From positions 261,640 through 325,639 of the forward strand of contig OY781536.2 of assembly GCA_963676755.2 (NCBI GenBank): 64,000 bases of DNA. Reading direction: 5' to 3'. The DNA comes from an uncultured Celeribacter sp. (GTDB taxonomy: Bacteria > Pseudomonadota > Alphaproteobacteria > Rhodobacterales > Rhodobacteraceae). The notes under the pieces were generated by a model. It saw nothing but the letters and a program-made list of their open reading frames with translations. It had not been told where the DNA came from and made no database searches. A program made the translations under genes and the position numbers. Below, piece by piece: positions 33,916 through 43,549 of the stretch; the first letter of the stretch is position 1, and every line of letters starts with the position of its first letter.

Positions 33916-35558
33916 CCAAGACACCTCCTCCCGTTCTGCAACTTTGCAATCTGGAAATTTCGCTTCCGAAAGGCGCGGACCGTCCCTATGCCCTCGAAGG
34001 GCTGGACCTGATCATTGAACCCGGTGAGATCGTCTGCCTTGTGGGAGAAAGCGGTTCGGGAAAATCGCTTTGCGCCGGTGCGATCATGGGGCTTTTGCCG
34101 GAGCCGCATGTGCGTGTCACCGGTGGCGCGATCCGGTTTCTGGGCGAAGAATTGCGCGGCAAGACCGATGCCGAAATGCGCAAGCTGCGCGGGGCCGATA
34201 TTTCGATGATCTTTCAAGAGCCGATGACGGCGCTCAACCCGCAAAAGACCGTGGGTTGGCAGATCGACGAAGTGTTGCGTCTGCACACAAAGCTGGGCAA
34301 GGCTGATCGGAAGGCCCGCGCCATTGAGATGCTCGAACGGGTCCATATCCCCGATCCCGCATCGGCCTACAACGCCTATCCGCACCAGATTTCCGGCGGG
34401 CAGCGACAGCGGGTGATGATCGCCATGTCGCTGGTTTTGTCGCCCAAGCTGATCATCGCGGACGAACCGACTACGGCGCTCGACGTCACCACGCAGTTGC
34501 AAATTCTCAAACTCATTCGGGAATTGCAGGAAGAAGAAGGCGCGGGGGTTCTTTTCATCACCCACGACTTCGGCGTTGTGGCCGAGATCGCTGACAAAGT
34601 GGCTGTGCTGTGCCGTGGCGAACTGGTGGAAAGCGGCACCACGGATCAGGTGTTGAACCACCCCCGACACCCTTACACACGGGCCTTGATCGGCGCCGTG
34701 CCAGCCCTGACGCCGCCGCCGCTCAAAATCGCGTCTGACGCGCCTGTGGTTCTCAAGGGCACAGGTCTCAAAAAGACCTTTGCGGCACGCGGCGGGATGT
34801 TTGCAGGCAAGCGCAAGGCCGTGACTGCGGTCAAGGATCTGAGCTTCGAACTGCGTCAGGGGGAAACACTTGGTGTTGTGGGCGAAAGTGGCTCCGGCAA
34901 AACCACGGTCTCGCGGATCGTCACGCGGCTCTTGGAATGTGACCAAGGCTCTGTCGAACTGGACGGCAGTGACCTTCTGGCGGCAACACCCAAAGAATTG
35001 CGGGCCTTGCGCCAGCATATCCAAATGGTGTTCCAAGATCCGATGGCCTCGCTCAACCCCCGCAAGCGGGTGGTCGATCTGATTGCTCAGGGGCCGATTG
35101 TGCATGGCACCGATCCGGCACAGGCCCGTGAAGAGGCCAAAAAACTCCTGGAGCTTGTCGAGCTATCCCCTGCAGCGGCCAACCGTTTCCCGCACGAGTT
35201 TTCCGGCGGGCAGCGTCAGCGTATCGGCATTGCGCGTGCATTGGCGCTTGAGCCGAAAGTTATCGTCGCTGATGAACCCGTCTCGGCGCTGGATGTGTCG
35301 GTGCAGGCGCAGGTGCTTAAATTGCTTGCCGATCTGCGCGACCGGTTGAACCTCTCGTTGCTGTTTGTGACTCACGATCTCAGGGTCGCAGCCCAGCTTT
35401 GTGACCGCGTCATCGTCATGCAAAAGGGTGAAATCGTGGAGACCGGCCTGACCGCCGAAGTCTTCGCCAACCCGCAGCACCCCTACACGCAAAATCTGTT
35501 GTCTTCTATTCCGGGCTGCGACTGGACACCTCCGTCGCTGCACGTGGATGTTGCTTAA
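33912..35558 (+). CDS. ABC transporter ATP-binding protein, fused double ATPase (DppD-DppF type)
   Basis: Two Walker A motifs (GESGSGKS twice), two LSGGQRQR-type signatures ([16 protein letters not shown]) and two Walker B motifs. Length is 548 aa. Confidence 0.9.
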   Translation: MTKTPPPVLQLCNLEISLPKGADRPYALEGLDLIIEPGEIVCLVGESGSGKSLCAGAIMGLLPEPHVRVTGGAIRFLGEELRGKTDAEMRKLRGADISMIFQEPMTALNPQKTVGWQIDEVLRLHTKLGKADRKARAIEMLERVHIPDPASAYNAYPHQISGGQRQRVMIAMSLVLSPKLIIADEPTTALDVTTQLQILKLIRELQEEEGAGVLFITHDFGVVAEIADKVAVLCRGELVESGTTDQVLNHPRHPYTRALIGAVPALTPPPLKIASDAPVVLKGTGLKKTFAARGGMFAGKRKAVTAVKDLSFELRQGETLGVVGESGSGKTTVSRIVTRLLECDQGSVELDGSDLLAATPKELRALRQHIQMVFQDPMASLNPRKRVVDLIAQGPIVHGTDPAQAREEAKKLLELVELSPAAANRFPHEFSGGQRQRIGIARALALEPKVIVADEPVSALDVSVQAQVLKLLADLRDRLNLSLLFVTHDLRVAAQLCDRVIVMQKGEIVETGLTAEVFANPQHPYTQNLLSSIPGCDWTPPSLHVDVA

Positions 35559-35567
35559 GGATCTGAA

Positions 35568-37193
35568 ATGTCAATGGAATTCAAAGATATCCGCAGCGCG
35601 TTGATCGGGGAAGGGGCGGCAATTTCCGGCCCCTTCGGCCCCCGCGCGCTGATCTATGCTGATTATGTCGCCTCGGGACGTGCGCTCGGCTTTATCGAGG
35701 ATGCGATCCGCACCCATGTTCTGCCCTATTACGGCAACACCCACACGGAGACCTCTTTCGTCGGGCGGCGCACCACGCAGTTGCGCGAAATGGCCCGCGA
35801 GGCGGTGCGCAAAGCGGTCAAGGCAGACGAAAACCATGCGGTGATCTTCACCGGATCGGGCGCGACCGGCGCGGTGGACAAGCTGGTGCGGGCCTTTTCG
35901 ATGAAGGGGCTCTCGGATGGTGTCGTGTTTGTTGGCCCCTATGAGCATCACTCCAACGATCTGCCCTGGCGCGAAAGCGGCGCGACGGTGGTGCGGGTGC
36001 CTTTGAATGCGGCGGGCACGATCTGTCTTGAAACGCTGGAGCGCGAAATCACGGCCCATGCGGGTGCACCGCTTAAAATCGGGGCGTTTTCGGCCGCTTC
36101 GAATGTCACCGGCGTGCGCACCGACCTGCGTGCCGTGGCGCGGTTGCTTCATGCTCATGACGCGGTCTTCGTGGCCGATTTCGCGGCGGCAGCGCCTTAT
36201 ATGCCCGTCGAGCTTGCGGAAAGTGCCGCGGGTGCGGGCGATCGGATCGATGCCGCGGTGATCTCGCCGCACAAGTTCCCCGGCGGTCCCGGTGCCTCCG
36301 GTCTGTTGATTGCCGAGCGTAGCCTGTTTGATAGCGCTCGCCCGACCCTGACGGGGGGCGGCACGGTGAGCTATGTGACGGCCGAAGGGCATAGCTATAT
36401 TTCCGATCCGGAACATCGCGAGGAAGGCGGCACACCTGCGATTGTCGACAACATCCGCGCAGGCATGGTGATGCAACTCAAACGGGATATGGACGAGACC
36501 CGCGTCGAGGCCCGCGAAACCGTGCTCACCCGCCGGATGGAAGATGCCCTGCGTGCCATTCCGGGGATGGAGCTTCTGGGGCCGTCCAATGTGCCACGCC
36601 TCGGGATTTTCTCTTTTAACCTGCGGGTTAAAGGGCGGCTGTTGCATCACAATTATGTCGTGGCGCTGCTCAATGATCTCTTCGGGATTCAGGCCCGTGG
36701 CGGGTGCTCCTGTGCCGGACCTTACGGTCATGCCTTGCTCGACATCGATCAGACCACCAGCGCACGTCACGAAGCGGCGGTGCAGCATGGTCATTCGATC
36801 TTCCGTCCGGGCTGGGCGCGGTTCGGGATCAACTGGTTCTTTGACGAAGAAGACGTTGACAAGATCGCCGCCGCAATCCGTTTCGTTGCCGAACACGGGC
36901 TCGATATGCTGGCGTATTATCGCCTCGACGCGGTCGAAGGCATCTGGCGCGCCACGTCTGCTTTCGAAGACACATGCCCCGCCGCGCTTTCCTCTCTGTG
37001 GCAGGGGCAGGGGGCCTCTGCCGATCTTGTGCCCGATTTCGAGACCTGTCTGGAAGAGGCCCGCCGGCTGGCGGAAGATGTTAAAGAACAGGCCTGCGCT
37101 AACGGGCCGGAGTTGTCCTCCGAGGAAGAGGCGCTGCGCTGGTTCTGGTTGCCCCATGAGGTGACTGACATGAAAACGAAAGGGGCTGCGTGA
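35568..37193 (+). CDS. Class-V aminotransferase fold PLP enzyme (cysteine desulfurase/lyase-like) with long C-terminal extension
   Basis: YGNTHTE is present. SPHKFPGGPGASGLL is an S-x-HK PLP-lysine motif, and RGGCSCAGPYGH supplies conserved Cys residues. At 541 aa it is longer than the ~400 aa typical of desulfurases. Confidence 0.75.
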   Translation: MSMEFKDIRSALIGEGAAISGPFGPRALIYADYVASGRALGFIEDAIRTHVLPYYGNTHTETSFVGRRTTQLREMAREAVRKAVKADENHAVIFTGSGATGAVDKLVRAFSMKGLSDGVVFVGPYEHHSNDLPWRESGATVVRVPLNAAGTICLETLEREITAHAGAPLKIGAFSAASNVTGVRTDLRAVARLLHAHDAVFVADFAAAAPYMPVELAESAAGAGDRIDAAVISPHKFPGGPGASGLLIAERSLFDSARPTLTGGGTVSYVTAEGHSYISDPEHREEGGTPAIVDNIRAGMVMQLKRDMDETRVEARETVLTRRMEDALRAIPGMELLGPSNVPRLGIFSFNLRVKGRLLHHNYVVALLNDLFGIQARGGCSCAGPYGHALLDIDQTTSARHEAAVQHGHSIFRPGWARFGINWFFDEEDVDKIAAAIRFVAEHGLDMLAYYRLDAVEGIWRATSAFEDTCPAALSSLWQGQGASADLVPDFETCLEEARRLAEDVKEQACANGPELSSEEEALRWFWLPHEVTDMKTKGAA

Positions 37194-38491
37194 TGGCTGT
37201 CGAGTTTCCGAAATCCCTCTGGGCGGCAACCGCGCCGGAGCGGCCCCTGTCTCCCCTGCTGCAAGGCGTCGAAGAAACGGATGTCGCCATCATTGGCGCA
37301 GGGTTTACTGGCCTGTCTGCCGCCATCGAAGCCCGCAAGCGCGGCCATGCGGTCACTGTGATCGAGGGCAAGGCTGCGGGGTGGGGCGCCTCCGGTCGTA
37401 ACAACGGTCAGGTCATTCCGATCCTGACCTCTGCGGAGCCGGATGTCTGGGTCTCGCGCTATGGAGATGCGGGCAAACGCATGGTGCGCCTCATCGGCAA
37501 CTCGGGCGATGTTCTGTTTGATCTGGTTCGTGAATTCGGGATGCAGGCTGAGGCCGAGCAAAGCGGCTGGTTCCAGCCGGCGCATAGTCCCGGTCGTGTG
37601 AAACTGTCGCAGAAACGGGTCGATGCGTGGCAGCGTCACGGGTTTCCGGCGGAATTGAAAGACGCCAAAGCCTGTGCCGACCTACTGGGCTCGGAGTTCT
37701 GGCATGGCGGGATGTATAACCCGACCGGTGGGCACATCAACCCGCTGGCGCTGGCGCGTGAAATGGCGCGTGTGGCGGAACATCTGGGCGCTGTGATCCA
37801 TGAGGAAAGCCCCGCGACTTCCTTTGAGCGTGTGGGCAGTCAATGGATCATTAAAACGCCCAAGGGCACGCTGAAAGCCCGCGCGCTGATTATGGCGAGC
37901 AACGCCTATACGGGCGAGTTGGCTCCGCGTCTCGCACCGCGCATTGCCCGTTCGATCGTGCCGGTGCTGAGCTGGCAAATGGCGACAGAACCAGTGGGCG
38001 ACAATCTGCGCCAGAAATTCCTGCCGGGACGTCAGGCCGTGTCGGACACCCGTGGCGATCTGCGGTTCTTCCGCTATGACGCGCGCAACCGTTTGATCAC
38101 CGGCGGGGCTGTGATCGGCTCTATTGATGTGGCTAACCGCGTGCGCCGGAAAGCGGCGAAAAATCTGGCCGAAGCCTTTCCTGAACTGGGGGTGCCGGAG
38201 ATGAACCATGTCTGGTCCGGCTATATCGGCATGAACTGGGACCGCTTCCCGCGCGTGCACAGGCTTGGCCCTGATGGCTGGGCATGGATCGGTTGCAACG
38301 GGCGCGGCGTGGCGCTTGGCACGTCCTTGGGGCGCGAGTTGGCTCGTGCGGCAACTGGACAGCCCGAAGATGAACTGGCCTTGCCGGTGACCGAGCCGCA
38401 TCCCTTCCCGATGCACGGGATCGTGCGGCGCGTCGCTCCCACCTATTTAACCTGGCTCAAACGTCAGGACCATAAGGAGATCAACCTGTGA
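37190..38491 (+). CDS. FAD-dependent oxidoreductase (DAO family)
   Basis: The dinucleotide-binding motif is DVAIIGAGFTGLSAAIEARKRG. Length is ~433 aa. The start is either GTG at 37190 or ATG at 37193, and both overlap the upstream TGA. Confidence 0.85.
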   Translation: MMAVEFPKSLWAATAPERPLSPLLQGVEETDVAIIGAGFTGLSAAIEARKRGHAVTVIEGKAAGWGASGRNNGQVIPILTSAEPDVWVSRYGDAGKRMVRLIGNSGDVLFDLVREFGMQAEAEQSGWFQPAHSPGRVKLSQKRVDAWQRHGFPAELKDAKACADLLGSEFWHGGMYNPTGGHINPLALAREMARVAEHLGAVIHEESPATSFERVGSQWIIKTPKGTLKARALIMASNAYTGELAPRLAPRIARSIVPVLSWQMATEPVGDNLRQKFLPGRQAVSDTRGDLRFFRYDARNRLITGGAVIGSIDVANRVRRKAAKNLAEAFPELGVPEMNHVWSGYIGMNWDRFPRVHRLGPDGWAWIGCNGRGVALGTSLGRELARAATGQPEDELALPVTEPHPFPMHGIVRRVAPTYLTWLKRQDHKEINL

Positions 38492-38997
38492 CGGAGACAC
38501 CCATGGCAGAAGCCAAAGGCATGGATTTAAACGAACTTCCGATCCTTCTACGCCGGAAGATCGAAGCAATGATCCTCAAGCATGTGTTTGATGTCATCAG
38601 TGAACGCTCAGGTCGGGAAGAGGCCGAGGCTGTGCTCGATGCCGCCGTGTCGAAATCCGCAATCGAACAGGGAAAGATGCTGGCTGACGAGTTGGGCCAT
38701 GTACCCGATCTGACGGATTTTGCGGCGATCCAGCCCAACTGGACCCGCGAGGATGCGCTCAGGATCGAGACTATTGAGATGTCCGAAGAAAAGATGGATT
38801 TCAATGTCGTGAAATGCCGCTATGCGGAGATGTATCAGGAGATGGGGCTGGGCGACATCGGGCACCTTTTGTCGTGCAACCGCGACGGGGATTTCTGCAT
38901 CGGTTATAACCCCGATATCGAGATGACCCGCACCCAAACCATCATGAAAGGCGCAAGCCATTGCGACTTCCGCTACCGCATGAAAAAGGAGGCCTGA
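38488..38997 (+). CDS. L-2-amino-thiazoline-4-carboxylate (ATC) hydrolase-like family protein
   Basis: 169 aa. The C-terminal pattern is C-R-Y-A-x-M-Y, then LLSCNRDGDF, then RTQTIMKGASHCDFRY. This matches my recollection of the ATC_hydrolase family (C-x-Y...C-x-x-D...R-x-x-T...G-x-x-x-CDFR). The GTG start at 38488 overlaps the upstream stop; an alternative ATG lies at 38503. Confidence 0.45.
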   Translation: MTETPMAEAKGMDLNELPILLRRKIEAMILKHVFDVISERSGREEAEAVLDAAVSKSAIEQGKMLADELGHVPDLTDFAAIQPNWTREDALRIETIEMSEEKMDFNVVKCRYAEMYQEMGLGDIGHLLSCNRDGDFCIGYNPDIEMTRTQTIMKGASHCDFRYRMKKEA

Positions 38998-39000
38998 GCT

Positions 39001-40170
39001 ATGGCTGTTGAAAACTGGGTTGCCCAGCAGGTTGCCGATCTGACGGAGTTTCGCCGCGATCTGCATATGAACCCCGAACTTCTCTATGACGTCAAACGCA
39101 CCGCTCAAAAGGTGGCCGAAGCCCTGCGTGCGGCGGGGGTGGACGAGGTCCATGAGGGCATCGGCCAGACCGGTGTTGTCGGTGTGATCAAAGGCCAGAG
39201 CAATGCATCCGGTCGCATGATCGGGCTGCGCGCCGATATGGATGCGCTTCCGATCGTCGAGGAAACGGGGAAGCCCTACGCTTCGCAAGTGGCGGGAAAG
39301 ATGCATGCCTGCGGACATGACGGCCACACGACAATGCTCTTGGGCGCAGCACGGCATCTGGCCGAAAGCGGCGCGTTTGACGGCACGGTGATCGTGATTT
39401 TCCAACCCGCCGAAGAAGGCGGCGCCGGTGCGCGCGCGATGATCGAGGACGGACTTTTCACTCGCTGGCCTTGCAATGAGGTCTACGGGATGCACAACCG
39501 CCCGAACCTGCCGCTTGGACAGTTTACCATCAATTCGGGTCCGATCATGGGCTCTGTCGATGAGGTAAAAATCACCATCACCGGACGCGGCGGCCATGCG
39601 GCGCGGCCCGAGCAGAACATTGATCCGCTGCCAATTGCGGGTGCGCTTTTGCAAGCGGTGCAGACCCTCACCTCGCGCAATATGGACCCGATCGACAGTG
39701 CGGTGGTTTCGCTTTGCACCATTCAGGCGGGCAATGCGTTCAACGTCATTCCCCAAGATGTCACCTTAACCGGCACAGTGCGGACATTGCGCGAAGAGGT
39801 GCGGGATATGATTGAAGAACGTCTGCACATCATGACCGGAAATATCGCAGCGGCCTTCGGAGCGGTGGGGAAACTTGACTATATCCGGCACTACCCTGTG
39901 ACGGTGAACCACGAACATGAAACCGAACTGGCGGCGAAAGCCGCGCAGGAGGTTGCAGGTGTCGAAAATGTCCATCTCGACATGCCGCAAACACTTGGCG
40001 GAGAGGATTTTTCCTTCATGCTCAACGAAGTGCCCGGCGCGATGATCAACATCGGCAACGGCCCTTCGGCGGCTTTGCACCATCCGAAATACGACTTCAA
40101 TGATGATGTTATTCCTTGGGGCAGCTCCTATTGGACCACATTGGTGCGTCAGAGATTGCCTCTTGGGTGA
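39001..40170 (+). CDS. M20-family amidohydrolase (N-acyl-L-amino acid / hippurate / carbamoyl-amino-acid amidohydrolase type)
   Basis: The metal-binding motif MHACGHDGHTTMLLGAARHL and the QPAEEGGAGA segment are present. Length is 389 aa. Confidence 0.9.
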   Translation: MAVENWVAQQVADLTEFRRDLHMNPELLYDVKRTAQKVAEALRAAGVDEVHEGIGQTGVVGVIKGQSNASGRMIGLRADMDALPIVEETGKPYASQVAGKMHACGHDGHTTMLLGAARHLAESGAFDGTVIVIFQPAEEGGAGARAMIEDGLFTRWPCNEVYGMHNRPNLPLGQFTINSGPIMGSVDEVKITITGRGGHAARPEQNIDPLPIAGALLQAVQTLTSRNMDPIDSAVVSLCTIQAGNAFNVIPQDVTLTGTVRTLREEVRDMIEERLHIMTGNIAAAFGAVGKLDYIRHYPVTVNHEHETELAAKAAQEVAGVENVHLDMPQTLGGEDFSFMLNEVPGAMINIGNGPSAALHHPKYDFNDDVIPWGSSYWTTLVRQRLPLG

Positions 40171-40215
40171 GTGATGCCTTTCCCGACACGTCGGGACGTA
40201 TTTGCAGAATGTCAA

Positions 40216-40243
40216 AACACCGGCTCCGAGAGGGGCCGGTGTT
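40216..40243. terminator. 12-bp stem hairpin with GAGA tetraloop between convergent genes
   Basis: AACACCGGCTCC-GAGA-GGGGCCGGTGTT has one G-U pair. On the minus strand it is followed by TTTTGAC and lies 60 nt after the tctA stop. It also lies 45 nt after the M20 gene stop. Confidence 0.45.
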
Positions 40244-40303
40244 AAGCATTTCAATTTGGGACATGGACGGTGTTGGCATTCAATCGGTGCCGTCTGCCTG
40301 TTG

Positions 40304-41845
40304 TCAGTCCGAGATTGCGCCTTCTTCATCGCGCGAGCTATGCATCTTTGTTTTCACCTTGCGCCCGATGATCAAGGGCAAGATGAACCCTATGATTGCG
40401 ATGAGCCAGAGTGTGATCGACAGCGGGCTGTCAATCAGGGTCATCCAGTCGCCGTTATCGATACTGATGGCGCGGCGCAGGTTGTTCTCCATCGAATTGC
40501 CAAGAAGCGTCCCGAGAATGATCGGCACCAAGGGGACATCCAGTTTGCGCAGAACCCAACCCATGACGCCAAAGCCGATCATGACTAGGAGATCGAAAGA
40601 CGAGCCGGAAATCCCGTAAATACCGACAAAAGAAACCATTGCAACAATCGGCATCAGGATGCGGGGCGGCACCATTAACACGCGCGTGAACAGACCGATC
40701 ATCGGAATGTTCATCGCCAGCAGCATGATGTTGGCAATAAAGAGTGCTGCAATGAGGCCCCAGACCACGTCCGGATTTTGTGAAAACAGCAACGGTCCTG
40801 GAGTGATATTGAGCGAGAGAAGCACGGCCAACAGGACGGCGGTTGTGCCAGACCCCGGCACACCCAGCGCGAGCATTGGTACGAGTGCGCCACCTGCAGC
40901 CGCGTTGTTGCCTGCTTCAGGGGCGGCAACACCACGCGGATCGCCTTTGCCGAATGTTTTACCTTCGCTATCCACCAGACGCTTCTCGAACGCATAGGAG
41001 ATGAAGGATCCGAGCGAAGCCCCCGCACCGGGCAGAACTCCGGCGATAAAACCGAGGGCTGTGGAGCGAATCATGGTGGGGGTGGTTTGTTTGAGCATCG
41101 ACAGCGGAGGGGTGAGGCGTCCTACCTGAATTTTGTCGGCGCTTCCGTTTGCATCCCCATGACGGTGCTCGAGAAAGATGAAGACTTCAGACAGTGCAAA
41201 CAGACCTACGATCGCCACAAGGAAATCCAGCCCGTCATAGAGATGCACTTCACCAAAGGTAAAGCGTGGCACGCCGGTCTGAGTATCCACGCCGATCATC
41301 GCGAGGCCAAGCCCCAAAGCTGCGGCAAATGCGGATTTGGCCTGATTGGTGGAGGAAACTCCGCCAAGGGTCATGAAGGCTAGAGCAAAGAGGGCGAAAT
41401 ATTCCGCGGGGCCGAACAGAAGTGCAATTTTGACGAGTTGAGGGGCCAGAAAGATGAGACCCCAAGTGGCAAAGAAGGCACCGACAAAAGACGCGATACC
41501 GGAAAGGGACAGGGCCTGCCCCGCCATCCCGTTTTTCGCCATAGGGTGCCCATCAAGACACGTCATCATCGCCGGTTCGTCACCGGGGATATTGAGCAAG
41601 ATCGAGGAGATGCGCCCACCATACATGGCGCCGTAATAAACGGACGTCAGGAGAATGAGGGAAGGCGTGGCTCCGAGCCCGAGTGTGAAGGCCAATGGGA
41701 TAAGGATCGCCACGCCGTTCGATGGCCCGAGGCCGGGCAATGCACCCATGATCGTGCCCAGAAAACATCCCAACAGAGCAAGTAGGAGGTTCTGCCACGT
41801 CAGCGCGATAGCAAAGCCGTCAGCAAGAGAAATCAGAGTATCCAT
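40304..41845 (-). CDS. tctA: Tripartite tricarboxylate transporter large permease TctA
   Basis: MDTLISLADGFAIALTWQNLLLALLGCFLGTIMGALPGLGP is the typical TctA N-terminus. The protein is ~513 aa and polytopic. I chose the ATG at 41845; the ORF-track start is 41941. Confidence 0.9.
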   Translation of the reverse strand: MDTLISLADGFAIALTWQNLLLALLGCFLGTIMGALPGLGPSNGVAILIPLAFTLGLGATPSLILLTSVYYGAMYGGRISSILLNIPGDEPAMMTCLDGHPMAKNGMAGQALSLSGIASFVGAFFATWGLIFLAPQLVKIALLFGPAEYFALFALAFMTLGGVSSTNQAKSAFAAALGLGLAMIGVDTQTGVPRFTFGEVHLYDGLDFLVAIVGLFALSEVFIFLEHRHGDANGSADKIQVGRLTPPLSMLKQTTPTMIRSTALGFIAGVLPGAGASLGSFISYAFEKRLVDSEGKTFGKGDPRGVAAPEAGNNAAAGGALVPMLALGVPGSGTTAVLLAVLLSLNITPGPLLFSQNPDVVWGLIAALFIANIMLLAMNIPMIGLFTRVLMVPPRILMPIVAMVSFVGIYGISGSSFDLLVMIGFGVMGWVLRKLDVPLVPIILGTLLGNSMENNLRRAISIDNGDWMTLIDSPLSITLWLIAIIGFILPLIIGRKVKTKMHSSRDEEGAISD

Positions 41846-41858
41846 GTGACACTTCCTT

Positions 41859-42290
41859 TTAAAAGCCGAGCGGTCCGCGCGCGAGCGAGAGACCAAGGAG
41901 CAGGTGGAAAACGATGTAGATGCCAAGCGATGTGCCAACACCAGTCACAACGGAGGCAACGGCACCAGAACCCAGCCGCCATGTGAGGTAGGTCGCGGCG
42001 AATGCGGTCGAGAAAACAAAGCCGATGACAGGAAGAAGCTCGGCATAGAGGACCATGACGACAACTGCGGCCATAATTTCAACGAAACGCCCGAGGTCGG
42101 GCCAGGACGGCGATGCGTCGGGCTTGAGTGCGATTCCGATGGAACTCAGCCCCAGAATGGTGGCGATAATCAACGGAAATGCTTTGGGTCCAACAACATC
42201 GGATAGAAAGCTTTCTTCAATCGCCAAGGACGCAAAGGCGAACCCAATGGCGAGAAGAAGACCGAAAAGACCAAAAACGCGATCACTCAT
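41859..42290 (-). CDS. tctB: Tripartite tricarboxylate transporter small subunit TctB
   Basis: About 143 aa with 4 TM segments, located between tctC and tctA. I chose the ATG at 42290 (MSDRVFGLFGLLLAIGFAF). Confidence 0.75.
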   Translation of the reverse strand: MSDRVFGLFGLLLAIGFAFASLAIEESFLSDVVGPKAFPLIIATILGLSSIGIALKPDASPSWPDLGRFVEIMAAVVVMVLYAELLPVIGFVFSTAFAATYLTWRLGSGAVASVVTGVGTSLGIYIVFHLLLGLSLARGPLGF

Positions 42291-42390
42291 GATGGTCTCC
42301 TTATGTAAGGGATGATACGCGGCACGTTTGCCGCTAAAGGAGAGCGCCGCACATAAAATGCGACGCTCAAAACGATCACTTGAGACAGGC

Positions 42391-43380
42391 TTATCTGAGG
42401 ATGCCGATCTCTTTGGAGATTTTCTGGATTTGAGCCACGTTGTCTGCCACAAAGGCTTCGAACTCAGGGCCTTGCAGATCAAGAGGAGCGAGGCCGTTAT
42501 TCGCCATGATTGCTTTCCATTCGTCGGAGGCATAAAGCGCGCCTATTTTGGAAACCCAAGTATCATAGGCTTCATCGCTCATGTCGCCGGGGGCATAAAA
42601 TCCGCGCCAGTTTGCGCCAATGGCGTCAACACCTTGTTCGCGTGCTGTCGGGAAATCCGCAAATTCACCTTCCAGCCGCTCCGGAGCAAGCACCGCAATC
42701 ACGCGGATATCGCCGCTGTCGACAAATCCTTTGGCTTCGGAAAGGTCTCCCGTGAACGCTTGGACCGAACCAGCCAGAAGCTGGGTCACAGCTTCGCCGC
42801 CACCATTAAAGGCGATGTATTTTACGGTTCGCACATCTTCGACACCATAGGCATCCGCAGCAATCAGAACTTTCAGGTGATCCCAGCCACCCACAGCAGA
42901 GCCGCCAGCGACCGAAATCGAAGAGGAATCGGTCTTGATCATCTCTAGCAGGGTCGGGAGGTCCGCAATGTCACTATCTGCGGCCACGGCAATCACACCA
43001 TAATCCGCCCCGATAGAAGCCAGCCAGCGCACCTGATCCATTGTGTTGCCCGGAAATGCACCTTGCGCCAAGCGGGTCGCGGTCGCCGAAGATGCGGCGA
43101 CAATCAGGTTGTCGTCATCGCCACGTTTGTTGACGACTTCCGCATAGGCAACGCCACCGCCGCCGCCGGCAAGGTTGACGACTTGAAGTGTTTTGTCGAG
43201 CAAGCCAAGATCTTGCATGGATTTACCCACCTGACGGCAGGTAAAATCCCAACCGCCGCCGGGGTTGGCCGGTGCGATACATTCGGGGTTTTCGAGGGTG
43301 AATCCGTCAGCAAATGCGCCGAGCGTAGATGCGCCGAGCAGGGCAGCAGCGAGGGTGAGGCGCGTGGCCTTGATAATCAT
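42391..43380 (-). CDS. tctC: Tripartite tricarboxylate transporter substrate-binding protein TctC (Bug family)
   Basis: Signal peptide MIIKATRLTLAAALLGASTLGAFA; about 329 aa, in a tctC-B-A gene order. I chose the ATG at 43380. Confidence 0.85.
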   Translation of the reverse strand: MIIKATRLTLAAALLGASTLGAFADGFTLENPECIAPANPGGGWDFTCRQVGKSMQDLGLLDKTLQVVNLAGGGGGVAYAEVVNKRGDDDNLIVAASSATATRLAQGAFPGNTMDQVRWLASIGADYGVIAVAADSDIADLPTLLEMIKTDSSSISVAGGSAVGGWDHLKVLIAADAYGVEDVRTVKYIAFNGGGEAVTQLLAGSVQAFTGDLSEAKGFVDSGDIRVIAVLAPERLEGEFADFPTAREQGVDAIGANWRGFYAPGDMSDEAYDTWVSKIGALYASDEWKAIMANNGLAPLDLQGPEFEAFVADNVAQIQKISKEIGILR

Positions 43381-43499
43381 GTGTCTTACTCCTCCACATT
43401 GTTTTCTGTCGGGCCGTATGGCCGCCCGAAGTCCAAAACTTTCGCACCGTAGCTTTTCGGCCTCCTCGCGAAAGGTTATGAGAGAAATGTAATCGGCCA

Positions 43500-43518
43500 A
43501 CCTGTCACGAACCTGTCA
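43500..43518. promoter_or_regulatory. Direct repeat ACCTGTCA-N3-ACCTGTCA (11-bp period), candidate TctD (OmpR-family) box
   Basis: Two exact 8-mers one helical turn apart in the tctC/tctD divergent intergenic region, 32 nt upstream of the tctD ATG. Confidence 0.35.
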
Positions 43519-43549
43519 TGAGCGACAAGGATCGGTTTTTGGAGGATAC

